From an uncultured virus (IMG/VR IMGVR_UViG_3300035210_000116) (lineage: Duplodnaviria > Heunggongvirae > Uroviricota > Caudoviricetes): a DNA stretch of 64,000 nucleotides. Position 1 is the stretch's first letter, and every line of letters begins with the position of its first letter. The stretch is from the IMG/VR virus record IMGVR_UViG_3300035210_000116, one strand, 5' to 3'. The translations under genes and the position numbers were made by a program. Shown piece by piece: positions 40,273 to 49,558 of this stretch. Below the pieces are notes generated by a model. That model did no database searches and was not told the DNA's origin. It was given only the letters and a program-made list of their open reading frames with translations.

Positions 40273-41091
40273 ATGGCACAACAACAGTTTTCACCAGAAC
40301 AAATTCAATCCGCCGTCGAAAGTGGTTTAATTACCCAGGAGGACGCCGACTCACTCCTTCAACAAATGGAAGGTGATATGCCGTGGGGTGCCGCCGCAGG
40401 CGCTACGGTCGGAGGTCTAGCCGGGGCTGGAATTGGTGCGCTGGTCGGTGGCCCGATGGGTAAGAAACTAAGTGGCGCAATGTCCAATCTAGCCGGCTCC
40501 AACGCTGTATCTAAAGGGCTAAAAACCGCAGGCGAGTATGGCGAAGGCGCTTTCAAAGGAGGCACTCGCAGCCAGCTTGGTGGTGACATCGCTGGCGCAG
40601 CTACTGGTCTTGGTGCTGGCGGAATGGCCGGATCAGCCGCAGGTGGAATGATGGACAGTGAACCACAAGGTTTGAGCGACGAGCAGCAACAGCTTATTCA
40701 AGCCCTTATGTCGCCAGAAACTAGTCCTGAGGACAAGAAACAAATATTAGCAATGCTTCAACAGATGGAACAAGGTGGTGGAGAAGGTGATCCAAACGAG
40801 CAAGAGCCTGACCAAGACGTAGACGATGGTTCTGGCTTCCCATGGTCTCAGGCAGCGGGGGGTGCTGCGGGCGCCGCAATTGGAGCTTCACTAGGAGCTG
40901 GCGCAGGCCACATGGCGACAAGAGGAGCAGCGGGTATGATGGGTAAACCGCGCCTAGGCGGATTTAATGCCGCGCAGATGGGTGGAGCAGGAGCAGGACT
41001 TGGATTGGGTGGAGCCGGGGGGATCGGAGCTATGGGGATGATGATGGATCCTCGTAAGCAACAGTACGCTGATCCACTAGGACAAGGTTAA
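40273..41091 (+). CDS. Glycine-zipper protein, C-terminal YADPLGQG
   Basis: GAGGA RBS; multiple GxxxG segments. Confidence 0.75.
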   Translation: MAQQQFSPEQIQSAVESGLITQEDADSLLQQMEGDMPWGAAAGATVGGLAGAGIGALVGGPMGKKLSGAMSNLAGSNAVSKGLKTAGEYGEGAFKGGTRSQLGGDIAGAATGLGAGGMAGSAAGGMMDSEPQGLSDEQQQLIQALMSPETSPEDKKQILAMLQQMEQGGGEGDPNEQEPDQDVDDGSGFPWSQAAGGAAGAAIGASLGAGAGHMATRGAAGMMGKPRLGGFNAAQMGGAGAGLGLGGAGGIGAMGMMMDPRKQQYADPLGQG

Positions 41092-41100
41092 TAGGAGGCT

Positions 41101-41769
41101 ATGATGTCATCTGAAGAAAATGCGTTTCGTGGAGAACTTTTTGATCTTGCTAAATCTAGAGGAATGTCCCAAGCGCAACTAAAACAAGCTGCGCAACCGC
41201 GTAATGCTTTGAAAGTTATTCCTCCTCGACGCAGCGCTCTGAAGATGATACCACAGTCATGGAATCCAGCCGTAAGCGTCGGGAAACAAGCAGGACAACC
41301 AAGCTGGATAAACGCTATGCTGGAGCACGCGGATAGGGGTAGTCTCGGTGTACCTGAAGAGACGCTAAGAGCCGCAGCGGAGAAGGAAGCGGCGAGTGCT
41401 AAGTTAGCGCGGGCACTAGGACTACGCCACCAAGAACAAGGTGCGTGGAGAGAGGCGCTAGAAGGGGCAGAAGCAAGTGCTACTGCGCCTACGGCTAGTG
41501 TTAGAAAACCTTTAGCGTCAAGTCGACCAAGGCTCTCGGAAGAAGAGGTCGCAGCTAGAATAGCGGCCATTGAGCGAGAGAAACTAGCCGCAAGTAAAGT
41601 AGCTGATCTGGCTACCTCCCAAGCGGCCATGGGGACGAAGAAAATACCAAAAGGAAAGATAAGCCAAATCAAGAAACTTGGGCTTGGTCTAGGTGCCTTA
41701 GCTGCTGCCTATGGCGTAGGTAGATACAACAGCCCTCTAGCACCTGCCGTAGTTGACACATCATGGTAA
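41101..41769 (+). CDS. Ala/Lys-rich protein with C-terminal hydrophobic segment and YNSPLA
   Basis: AGGAGG RBS; LGLGLGALAAAYGVGRYNSPL. Confidence 0.7.
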   Translation: MMSSEENAFRGELFDLAKSRGMSQAQLKQAAQPRNALKVIPPRRSALKMIPQSWNPAVSVGKQAGQPSWINAMLEHADRGSLGVPEETLRAAAEKEAASAKLARALGLRHQEQGAWREALEGAEASATAPTASVRKPLASSRPRLSEEEVAARIAAIEREKLAASKVADLATSQAAMGTKKIPKGKISQIKKLGLGLGALAAAYGVGRYNSPLAPAVVDTSW

Positions 41770-41894
41770 GCAAAGAGACTTGTGGAAAATGTGTGTATCT
41801 ACTCGTCTACGGGTGCCCGTGCCAGCCTGCTAAGTGCAGGTACAACCTAGAACCTGATTCTGAGAAGTGCTTAGAGAGGAAAAAAGATGGATAG
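41763..41894 (+). CDS. 43-aa Cys-rich mini-protein
   Basis: MVSKETCGKCVYLLVYGCPCQPAKCRY...; bridges both neighbours with short overlaps. Confidence 0.4.
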   Translation: MVSKETCGKCVYLLVYGCPCQPAKCRYNLEPDSEKCLERKKDG

Positions 41895-42726
41895 GCAAGA
41901 GAAAAAGAGCTCTGTACCCTACGGCGCCATTTTAGGTGCATTACTAGGTGGCGCGGGTAAGGGCTACGTCGGCCACCTTCTTGGAAAGGAACTCGGTCTA
42001 CAGGGTGGAGTAGCTAAAGGGGTTACTGGCTTAGTGGGTGCAATAGGCGCTGGCGTCGGAGGTTGGGCAGGAAATAAAGCTCAGCAAGGAGACTACGAGG
42101 GCGCCATGGGTATAGGAGCAGGATTATCTGCGCTAATCGCAGCTGAGGGTATTCGCCATAAGTGGTTACCAACCAGTAAGATTATGGAAATAGCAGAAAC
42201 GTCACCTAAGTTAGCGCAAGCCCTTGGAATTGGAGTCCCGCTTGGGGGCTACATCGTAGCTCCTATGATAGCCGAACAACTAGGTAGTGCCGCAGGCCGC
42301 CATTTAACTTCTCCCGAGAAACGTAGAGCCAAGGAAGCAGAACAAGCCGCACTACTAGCCCAGTACGCTGAAGCCAGCCGTGGAAAACCTAACCCTCTTG
42401 GTACAATGGCGGCTACTGCCGCAGGGGGACTTGGTGCTGGGTGGGGAGCTGGTAAGCTCCTTGGACCAAGAGTGGGGAGAATGCTTAAGGGAGATGAAAA
42501 AGCAAGAAAGATAAGAGATGCAGTTGAAAGACTAACAGATGCTAGAAAGAAGGAGCCGAAGGTAAAAGCAGCTGAAAGCAAAGCGTGGGATACAATAGCT
42601 GAGCACAAGCGGATTGGCATCGGCCTTGCCGAAGCTGGTGGCGCGCTACTTGGAGGAACTGGCGCTGGTGTTGGATGGTATAATGCAATGGACGATTCAG
42701 ATAAATACAAGAGCCCATTAGCATGA
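41887..42726 (+). CDS. Glycine-zipper protein, C-terminal YKSPLA
   Basis: PYGAILGALLGG; several GxxxG segments. Confidence 0.75.
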   Translation: MDRQEKKSSVPYGAILGALLGGAGKGYVGHLLGKELGLQGGVAKGVTGLVGAIGAGVGGWAGNKAQQGDYEGAMGIGAGLSALIAAEGIRHKWLPTSKIMEIAETSPKLAQALGIGVPLGGYIVAPMIAEQLGSAAGRHLTSPEKRRAKEAEQAALLAQYAEASRGKPNPLGTMAATAAGGLGAGWGAGKLLGPRVGRMLKGDEKARKIRDAVERLTDARKKEPKVKAAESKAWDTIAEHKRIGIGLAEAGGALLGGTGAGVGWYNAMDDSDKYKSPLA

Positions 42727-43649
42727 GTAGATACTACGAAGAACCTGATAATAGCCTTCCCTACGGAGCCGTAATAGGCGCTGGGATTGGAGGTGCTGGT
42801 CAAGGTTACTTCGGATATAGAGCTACGAAAGCTCTGCCTGATCCGGTGTTTAACATCGCGCATCTTGGAGTCCTGGAAGGAGCCAAGAAAATGTGGAAAA
42901 ACGCACCAGAAGGAAGGGTGCGGAAAGTACTAAACATAGGGCATGGAGTTGGGCACGGAATACATGGAGCATTAGCAGGAGCAATAGCTGGCCATGGTAT
43001 GCAGAATGGGCAATATGAAGGAATGGGGGAGATGGCGGGAGGTGTTGGTTTAGGCGTCCTTGGCTTGAAAGCTGCTGAACACTTATCTCCCACAGGCAAG
43101 TTTCTGGAACGCATGGAGAAAAGCAGGATAGGAAAGAAGATCGTTGATGATCTCTTCAACAAAGCAGCAGGGATAGCGCCGGTTATAAAGAACTCCCACG
43201 AAACATGGAAGAAAATGATAGACGCAGCACCACTTGTTGCAGGTTCTGGAGGTGCAGGTCTTGCGGGAGCAGTTGGTTTTGGGGAACTTGGTGAGTACCT
43301 GACGAGCGACAAGAACAAGAAGAAAGCTCTTATGAAGGAGAACAAGGCCAAGTTGGAGAAGGCAAAAGAAGGCTATGTTCCTATGTCGCACAAAGCCCTA
43401 GCAGCTATGATAGGAGCAACTATAGCTGGAGGAACGGGGGGTGCGCTGCTGGGGAAAAGACTTGGAGGGCACTTGCCAGCGAGAAAGTTTGCTGTGCTAG
43501 CAGGAAAGGACAACACCCGACTAGGGCGTATCTACGCTGGTGGAGTCAGCGGTACGATAGGGGCAGTAGGTGGTGGGATGGCGGAAAACAGGTTCGGAGA
43601 CCGTAGGAAGTACGAAAATCCCTTGGATAACAAGCGTGTAAGCGTGTAA
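42723..43649 (+). CDS. Glycine-zipper protein, paralog of 41887..42726, C-terminal YENPL
   Basis: PYGAVIGAGIGGAGQGY vs PYGAILGALLGGAGKGY; QNGQYEG vs QQGDYEG. Confidence 0.75.
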   Translation: MSRYYEEPDNSLPYGAVIGAGIGGAGQGYFGYRATKALPDPVFNIAHLGVLEGAKKMWKNAPEGRVRKVLNIGHGVGHGIHGALAGAIAGHGMQNGQYEGMGEMAGGVGLGVLGLKAAEHLSPTGKFLERMEKSRIGKKIVDDLFNKAAGIAPVIKNSHETWKKMIDAAPLVAGSGGAGLAGAVGFGELGEYLTSDKNKKKALMKENKAKLEKAKEGYVPMSHKALAAMIGATIAGGTGGALLGKRLGGHLPARKFAVLAGKDNTRLGRIYAGGVSGTIGAVGGGMAENRFGDRRKYENPLDNKRVSV

Positions 43650-43810
43650 GCAAGATGTAATCTGGAAAAGTCTCGTAAGTCCTTGATTTCTACGCTCTAA
43701 GTACTAAAAGAAGTTGTAATGTGTTTTTGAAAAAAGTTAAAGTTTTTTTGAAAAAACAAACAAAAAACATTCAGTTCTAACTTAGCGAGATTTTACATTA
43801 CAAATTACAC
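43636..43810. repeat. Non-coding ~175-bp element, copy 2
   Basis: GTGTAAGCGTGTAAGCAAGATGTAATC identical to copy 1; TAAGTCCTTGATT at 43676-88; ends TTACATTACAAATTACAC. Confidence 0.9.
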
Positions 43811-43823
43811 TTTGGGGAACAAA

Positions 43824-44132
43824 ATGAACGAAGATGAATTACTAGCCCTCCTGTCGGACCCCAACATTCCGGGTGACCAGAAGAAGCGGGCACTTGCCGC
43901 TAAGGACAGGCATAAGACTGACTGGCCGGGGACAATTGCCGCGCTGGGAATGGACGCTGGCGCTGGCGCGCTAGGTATAACAGCATTAGATAAATGGGAT
44001 CCGCAAAATATTCCCAAAGGATGGAAACGTAACACGGCAGGAGGAGTTATAGGTGGTGGCGCCGGACTGGCAGCGGCATATGGAATCAACGCTCTTCGTA
44101 ACTACTACAGTAATCCACTAGGACAAGATTAA
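43824..44132 (+). CDS. Glycine-zipper protein, C-terminal YSNPLGQD
   Basis: GGGGA RBS then ATG at 43824. Confidence 0.7.
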   Translation: MNEDELLALLSDPNIPGDQKKRALAAKDRHKTDWPGTIAALGMDAGAGALGITALDKWDPQNIPKGWKRNTAGGVIGGGAGLAAAYGINALRNYYSNPLGQD

Positions 44133-45136
44133 TGGCTACATACACCTCTTGGCAAGTAGAAGACGAACTGGTTAATTCTGGCGTAGATCCGGACATGGCC
44201 AAAAGCATAGCCTATCAGCTTGGAGATGATCGTCTAGATAGCGACCAGGTAATGCAGGCGAATAAGTACGCTGAAGTCAGGAACCCACGTCTACCACGAG
44301 GAAGTGAGGGAAAACAGGAGTCGAACTTTGTCCAGAATGCGGCAGGTGAAGGCGGATGGGCAGCAGGCGCATTGGCTAGTGCCAAATTGTTAGGCGGAAA
44401 AGGAAGCTTCGTCCTTCCATTCTTAGGCTCGACCGCAGGAAACTTAGGGACGATGAATGCCTCTAATTTCTACGACAGAGCCACAGTCCCACAGATGATT
44501 GGAGACGCCGCCGGAAGCTGGGGAGGTGGTGCTATAGGTCGGGTAGGTGGCGCGGCCTTAGGAAGAGCTTTAGGAGGCGCAGCAGGGGCCGCCGTAGGAA
44601 CTGCAGCGGGAGCCGCCACGGGAGCCGCTACAGGCGCTTGGGGAGGCCCTCTGGGCATGCTTGCGGGTGGCGTACTAGGCGGATGGTTACTGCCTAAACT
44701 AATGCCTAACGGATCAAAACCTGTTGATGAGGACGACGGAAAGAAACCTAGAGGATGGGGAGTAGCTGCGCCATTACTGGCGGCTGGAGCACTCGCAGTA
44801 CCAAGTAGCCGTAGGTTACTTAAGAGTGGAATTCCGGACACGGTGCAAAAATATCTAAATCCTCTAGCAGGACATGTTGACAGCTTCTTAACCAAGAATG
44901 GTGGTGGACTATATGGAAATATGCGCAAGGCTTACCAGGATGTGAGAAAACCCGGCATCGAAGCATATGAAGGAAGACAGAAGAGAAATATTTATGGATT
45001 TGGCGGCGGCTTCCGGGATTCGGCAAATAGTATGTCTGCGACAGGCGCCGCGATGGACTCAGTTGGAGAGTCGTTAACAGATTTTATCAAACGAAAAATG
45101 GCCGCAAGAGCAGCTAAAGCAGGAGTTACAACATGA
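44132..45136 (+). CDS. Glycine-zipper protein (internal YLNPL)
   Basis: Long GAAGAAVGTAAGAATGAATGAWGGPLG zipper. Confidence 0.75.
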   Translation: MATYTSWQVEDELVNSGVDPDMAKSIAYQLGDDRLDSDQVMQANKYAEVRNPRLPRGSEGKQESNFVQNAAGEGGWAAGALASAKLLGGKGSFVLPFLGSTAGNLGTMNASNFYDRATVPQMIGDAAGSWGGGAIGRVGGAALGRALGGAAGAAVGTAAGAATGAATGAWGGPLGMLAGGVLGGWLLPKLMPNGSKPVDEDDGKKPRGWGVAAPLLAAGALAVPSSRRLLKSGIPDTVQKYLNPLAGHVDSFLTKNGGGLYGNMRKAYQDVRKPGIEAYEGRQKRNIYGFGGGFRDSANSMSATGAAMDSVGESLTDFIKRKMAARAAKAGVTT

Positions 45137-45732
45137 CAAGACAATACGATGATGACAGTGGTGGCTCCATGCTTGGCACAATCGCAAAAGGAACAGGACT
45201 ACTAGGCGCAGGATTGACTATGACACCAGTTGGTAGACCGCTGCGAAAGTCAATAAGAAAGTTCGCGAGTCCTTTTGAGAGGCAGATCAGCGCTGTAGAA
45301 ACTGCTTTAGGTAAGACGAAAGCGCCTATACAGGAAGGCCTAAACATAGCAACAGGCGGTGCTTTTGGGTTAGGAAAACTCGCACAGAAAGACGCAAGAT
45401 TAGAGAGAGAACTACTACAAAATAGGAAAGACCCAAACTTGTGGAGTTCAACAGGACAAAATTTTCGGGATCTAGGATCAGGTATTGTAAATGCTGGACG
45501 CGGAATTAAAGAAACCCTAGCTACTTTACCAACTGCTGCTACCGTAGCTCTTCGTAAAAAGGGCACCGAAGCAGAGCCAATGGGATCAGAAATGTGGAGG
45601 ACTTGGTTAGCTTCTCCAAGATCAAAACATTTTTCTCCTGATGAACTAGAACTGATATTACGCCATCCTGGAACTACTCCTGATGAAAAGGCGCTTGCCT
45701 ATATGCGAGGAATAGCTAATGCTAAACTATGA
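45133..45732 (+). CDS. Hypothetical protein related to the array
   Basis: AGGAG RBS; C-terminal DELELILRHPGTTPDEKALA module shared with array members. Confidence 0.65.
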   Translation: MTRQYDDDSGGSMLGTIAKGTGLLGAGLTMTPVGRPLRKSIRKFASPFERQISAVETALGKTKAPIQEGLNIATGGAFGLGKLAQKDARLERELLQNRKDPNLWSSTGQNFRDLGSGIVNAGRGIKETLATLPTAATVALRKKGTEAEPMGSEMWRTWLASPRSKHFSPDELELILRHPGTTPDEKALAYMRGIANAKL

Positions 45733-46207
45733 AAAAGACGGCCGTATGGCCGTTCTCCTTTTCCTTGGGAAGTACGTCGTTAAGACCTACCCCACAGTAG
45801 CCGAATCACTTGGTCTTACTAACAAGCAGCATCTAGCAAAATTACTAAAAGATCGGTTAGAAAAAGACAAGCTAAAAGCCCGTATTGCAATAGACTGGAG
45901 AAAACAACTCGCTGCTAAATTGATGTTGGCAGATGACGAAATAGTACGAGCTACAAACACGATACTGGAAGTGATCGAAGATACCCTTGCTAAGGGAGAG
46001 CCAGTAAGAATCAAACACTTCGGTGATTTTCTCTTAACAGAAAGAGATTTTGAGGGAACTAAAATCAATACAGTGAGATTTAAGATTTCTCCATCTTGGT
46101 TAAGAGATCTAAATCCACCGCATAGCGATGCAGACCTTGGTTTGAAAAGAAAGTATGGGAAGCGTCTTGAACGAAAGGCTCCTTCTAAAACTATTCAGTC
46201 CCCCTAA
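45719..46207 (+). CDS. HU/IHF-like DNA-binding protein with N-terminal extension (start uncertain)
   Basis: ILEVIEDTLAKGEPVRIKHFGDF...VRFKIS matches the HU/IHF pattern. Confidence 0.7.
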   Translation: MLNYEKDGRMAVLLFLGKYVVKTYPTVAESLGLTNKQHLAKLLKDRLEKDKLKARIAIDWRKQLAAKLMLADDEIVRATNTILEVIEDTLAKGEPVRIKHFGDFLLTERDFEGTKINTVRFKISPSWLRDLNPPHSDADLGLKRKYGKRLERKAPSKTIQSP

Positions 46208-46307
46208 GAATTTTTTCAAGGCGCTCCATGGCTAATTTATTGTTCGCATGCTGACTGCACTCGCTGTCGCAGAAAATAATAATTCGCCTATCCTACTTCT
46301 GGCTTTA

Positions 46308-47702
46308 TTAGACATTAGTTTTTCCTTCGAAGAGATTATTCAAAGCTTCCATATAGTTCCTTTTTCCTGTAAAAACTTCGTAAGCGTTAAAATCGTGAGT
46401 ATCTCTAGCCAGAATTATTATGGACTCCGTAGGTTTATCTTGGAGTCCTCTTCTTATTCTAGCTGTACCTTGTAGGTACAAATCAGCTTGGTACGTAGGA
46501 GATGCAAAAATAACTGTAGTGCATCTAGTAAGCGTAATTCCATGTGCCGAACTCTTGGGGTGAAGCAATAGAACTCTAAGCTTTCCGGCTTGCATGTTTT
46601 TTATTATTTCATTACGCTTTTCTGTAGAAGAGACATCTCCATCGATTACATCGTATGACAATCCCCGAGCTATACATTGTTTAATAAGTTCTGCTCTTTG
46701 GTGTTTCCATAAAAAGAAACATATGGTATGTTCTCGACCTTCAAATAAATCACCAATGAGATTATATCGTCCATTATCTACAGTAGACCAAGTTCTATCA
46801 CGACCATCTGGATCATTATACATTGCGCCTGAAGCACATTGCAAAAGTTTGCCGGCAAGAGCCGCTTTGTTTACTGCCGAAATATTTTTTCCTTCATATT
46901 GTAGAAAAGCATTACGACAAAGTTCATCGTATATTTTTCTGTGCTTGTCAGATAAATCATAGTATATTATTCTATGATCCATTTTTGGAACATTCTTCAT
47001 ACATTCTTCAAAAGAATGCTGAATTAATATATCGCCCAAAAGACCGTGAACAATTTCAGCAGAATCAGGCCGATCTATCCACTGAGTAAATGGGCCTTTT
47101 TTTGTAGGGAATTGCATGAGATTTCGGAACGCTGTAAATCGTTTTCCTAATCGTTGCCCATCATCTACTATTCGACACTGTGACCAAAGCTCAGTGACAG
47201 AGTTTGGAGCAAAAGTTCCACTCATACAATGCCGTTTGACAAAATATGGAGCTAGTTTAAAACTCGCTTTTGTTCTTTGGGCTTCAGGATTCTTATACGC
47301 GTGACTTTCATCATTAATTAATAAAGCATTTTTACCAAGACGATTTCTTAGCCACTTATCACTTTGTTTGGCTAACCAAGTCATTCCATCTTGATTAAGA
47401 ATGAGTATATCTGAAGAATCTTCAAAAGCTTTTTTCCTATTCTCTTCAGGAGCTTCTGCCAAAGAAACCGATAAATCAGGGAAAAATCTTGAAAGATCTT
47501 CGAGCCAAGCCGCCCGAACTAAAGTCTTAGGACAAGTTATTAGAACTCTAGAACCACCATTCTCTAAAAAGTATTCAGCAATCGCTGCGTGGCTATTTGT
47601 TTTCCCTGTGCCACTCGAAGATCCATCTAAAACAGATGGTTTATTTTTACCAAACTCATAAGTTTGAAGCTGGTGAGGCCAAAGTTGTGATAAATCAATC
47701 AT
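46308..47702 (-). CDS. SF2 (SNF2-like) helicase
   Basis: GTGKT, DESH, SGT, HGITL motifs. Confidence 0.85.
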   Translation of the reverse strand: MIDLSQLWPHQLQTYEFGKNKPSVLDGSSSGTGKTNSHAAIAEYFLENGGSRVLITCPKTLVRAAWLEDLSRFFPDLSVSLAEAPEENRKKAFEDSSDILILNQDGMTWLAKQSDKWLRNRLGKNALLINDESHAYKNPEAQRTKASFKLAPYFVKRHCMSGTFAPNSVTELWSQCRIVDDGQRLGKRFTAFRNLMQFPTKKGPFTQWIDRPDSAEIVHGLLGDILIQHSFEECMKNVPKMDHRIIYYDLSDKHRKIYDELCRNAFLQYEGKNISAVNKAALAGKLLQCASGAMYNDPDGRDRTWSTVDNGRYNLIGDLFEGREHTICFFLWKHQRAELIKQCIARGLSYDVIDGDVSSTEKRNEIIKNMQAGKLRVLLLHPKSSAHGITLTRCTTVIFASPTYQADLYLQGTARIRRGLQDKPTESIIILARDTHDFNAYEVFTGKRNYMEALNNLFEGKTNV

Positions 47703-47710
47703 ATATTTTC

Positions 47711-47950
47711 CTAACTTTTTATTCGATCTTCCAGTGTTTTAGTAGCGACAATATCTTTATCTTCTTCTCCTTGCATACGGGGCCATCCTTCAAATAACAC
47801 AGTGATCGCATCAACTAATCCAATTCGATCAAGAGCATGAAGCATGTCTTCATTTTCTTCAAGTTCGAACCGAAAGATCTTGGTTATAGAATGCCAATGA
47901 CTACCTGACATCCACCTATCATTCCATACAGCAGTATATTTTTCACCCAT
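47711..47950 (-). CDS. Hypothetical protein
   Basis: ORF coupled within the minus-strand operon. Confidence 0.5.
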   Translation of the reverse strand: MGEKYTAVWNDRWMSGSHWHSITKIFRFELEENEDMLHALDRIGLVDAITVLFEGWPRMQGEEDKDIVATKTLEDRIKS

Positions 47951-48254
47951 GGCGAATAGCATCCTCTATCTTCGGAAGACAACGCTTGCAGATTATGACA
48001 TATTCCCTCTTGCCATAGAAAACAATAACTTTCTGTGTTTTTCTTTGCACATCTGCATAGCAGATGGAGCATACTCCACTTCTATCAAGCATACGATACT
48101 CAGGAACTCTATTTACTTGTGGCATAGCCATTTTTTTCGGTATTGGTAGCGGTATTACTGGCATTTGCGCCGGCTTAAGAGAAGCATACGTGTACTGATC
48201 AAGTATTGAAGGAGACATGTATTGACCAAGTCTTTCAATTTTTATCTCCGTCAT
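47943..48254 (-). CDS. Hypothetical zinc-finger protein
   Basis: CSIC...CKRC. Confidence 0.55.
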   Translation of the reverse strand: MTEIKIERLGQYMSPSILDQYTYASLKPAQMPVIPLPIPKKMAMPQVNRVPEYRMLDRSGVCSICYADVQRKTQKVIVFYGKREYVIICKRCLPKIEDAIRHG

Positions 48255-48850
48255 ACATTCAAGCTCTGTATCTTTGCTTCATCCCATAATTCCGGACGGA
48301 GTCTTTTTAAAACTTCTCCTTGATCATCGCTTGAATAAGCGCGAATGAAAGCGTGTACCCATTCAGCAGCTATTTCTAGACTCTCCATAGACTGTTTTAA
48401 CATGTAAATGGCATTTGTGTTTAGTCCGATAGCCTCATATTCAAGAGCATCATATGCTGCTGTACAAGCGTTATTTGCTTCAATCAGTAAAACATGCAGT
48501 TGAAATAGCCTAGCATTACATTCATCAACGGCTATGACGCTTTCTAGGTCTTGAAAAGAATTGGCTATGAATTCTACTTGACCAAGCATAAATTGAGCTA
48601 TTTCTTGTAGGGCTATTTCTTGATTTTTATCAACAGTTTTACCAGCCTTAATGAGTTGATACAGCAGTTGCTGGAGTAAGACTCTTGGTGTAAAATTACC
48701 CCAAAGCAAGGGTAGACTGACTGTAGCAGCCTGTACTTGCTGCAAAGAAGTCAGATACGCAATTACAGCGTGACTTTTTCGATATACCTTGTGTCCAACT
48801 AAGATTGAGCCTAGGTCTGCTTTCTTCTCTCGCAATTCAGTAATCTTCAT
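48251..48850 (-). CDS. Hypothetical helical protein
   Basis: 199-aa ORF with ATGA coupling. Confidence 0.6.
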   Translation of the reverse strand: MKITELREKKADLGSILVGHKVYRKSHAVIAYLTSLQQVQAATVSLPLLWGNFTPRVLLQQLLYQLIKAGKTVDKNQEIALQEIAQFMLGQVEFIANSFQDLESVIAVDECNARLFQLHVLLIEANNACTAAYDALEYEAIGLNTNAIYMLKQSMESLEIAAEWVHAFIRAYSSDDQGEVLKRLRPELWDEAKIQSLNV

Positions 48851-48862
48851 GTCATTATTTTC

Positions 48863-49558
48863 CTATTCTAGTGACTCAGTATTACGGTCCCAACGACGCC
48901 TAGTTATGGCCGGATGGCGCAAAGAACCGTCAGGTGTTTTATTGACGAAGCTTATTTCGAAAATACTGTTGATCAAAGTCGGGTCAGTAAACCAAGCGAT
49001 ACGACCAAATTTTGTAATTCCGCTCGATACTCGAATTGGGCGTCCATTTAGTTCAAAAAGTAAAACTCCAACCATACCTTTGTTGTATTTACCAACACCC
49101 TCCTCAAAACCAAGACAACGAAGATCGATAGTATACTTCGTTTTCACTTTGATCCACGCATCAGTAAATGGATTATGAATTACGAGACCTTCATGTCCTT
49201 CTTTTACTACTTCTTTTAAACGATTTTCAATATAACTAGCCGATGGATTAGTTATAGTCCCTAAACTAAGTCTTTGATCTGTTTCAGGAGATAGTGTATA
49301 GAAATCAGACAAAAGAATTTCATCTTTTCGCGCTGAATTTTTTACGAGACTAACACTTTCGGCCCAATCAGTTCTATAGAATTCCCAAATGCCATCTTCG
49401 ATAGCGTTAGAAGAAATAAACTCTTCTAAATTTTCAAAAACTTTTCCTCCTTTTGAATACGGAATTCCATCAGAAATTCTAACATCTACGCCGTCAATTT
49501 TTCGACTTAGTTCAAATACACCGAGTAAACTCTCGCCGGGCCAATTTTTGAATTTCAT
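48863..49558 (-). CDS. Minimal ATP-dependent DNA ligase
   Basis: KIDG (motif I), EGLV (IV), WIKVK (V), SLRHP...RWDR (VI). Confidence 0.8.
   Translation of the reverse strand: MKFKNWPGESLLGVFELSRKIDGVDVRISDGIPYSKGGKVFENLEEFISSNAIEDGIWEFYRTDWAESVSLVKNSARKDEILLSDFYTLSPETDQRLSLGTITNPSASYIENRLKEVVKEGHEGLVIHNPFTDAWIKVKTKYTIDLRCLGFEEGVGKYNKGMVGVLLFELNGRPIRVSSGITKFGRIAWFTDPTLINSIFEISFVNKTPDGSLRHPAITRRRWDRNTESLE

Noticed and set aside
36829..43810. Transposon or integron cassette array
   Set aside because: No transposase or integrase, no target-site duplication, no attC-like sites between genes
38764..44132. YxxPLG tag as a by-product of Shine-Dalgarno sequence for the next gene
   Set aside because: TAGGA may double as an RBS in a few cases, but it cannot explain Y and P, the synonymous variation, or the N-terminal copies
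45738..45765. Intrinsic terminator ACGGCC-GTAT-GGCCGT plus pyrimidine run
   Set aside because: Weak U-tract and lies inside the predicted 5' end of the HU-like ORF; cannot be supported
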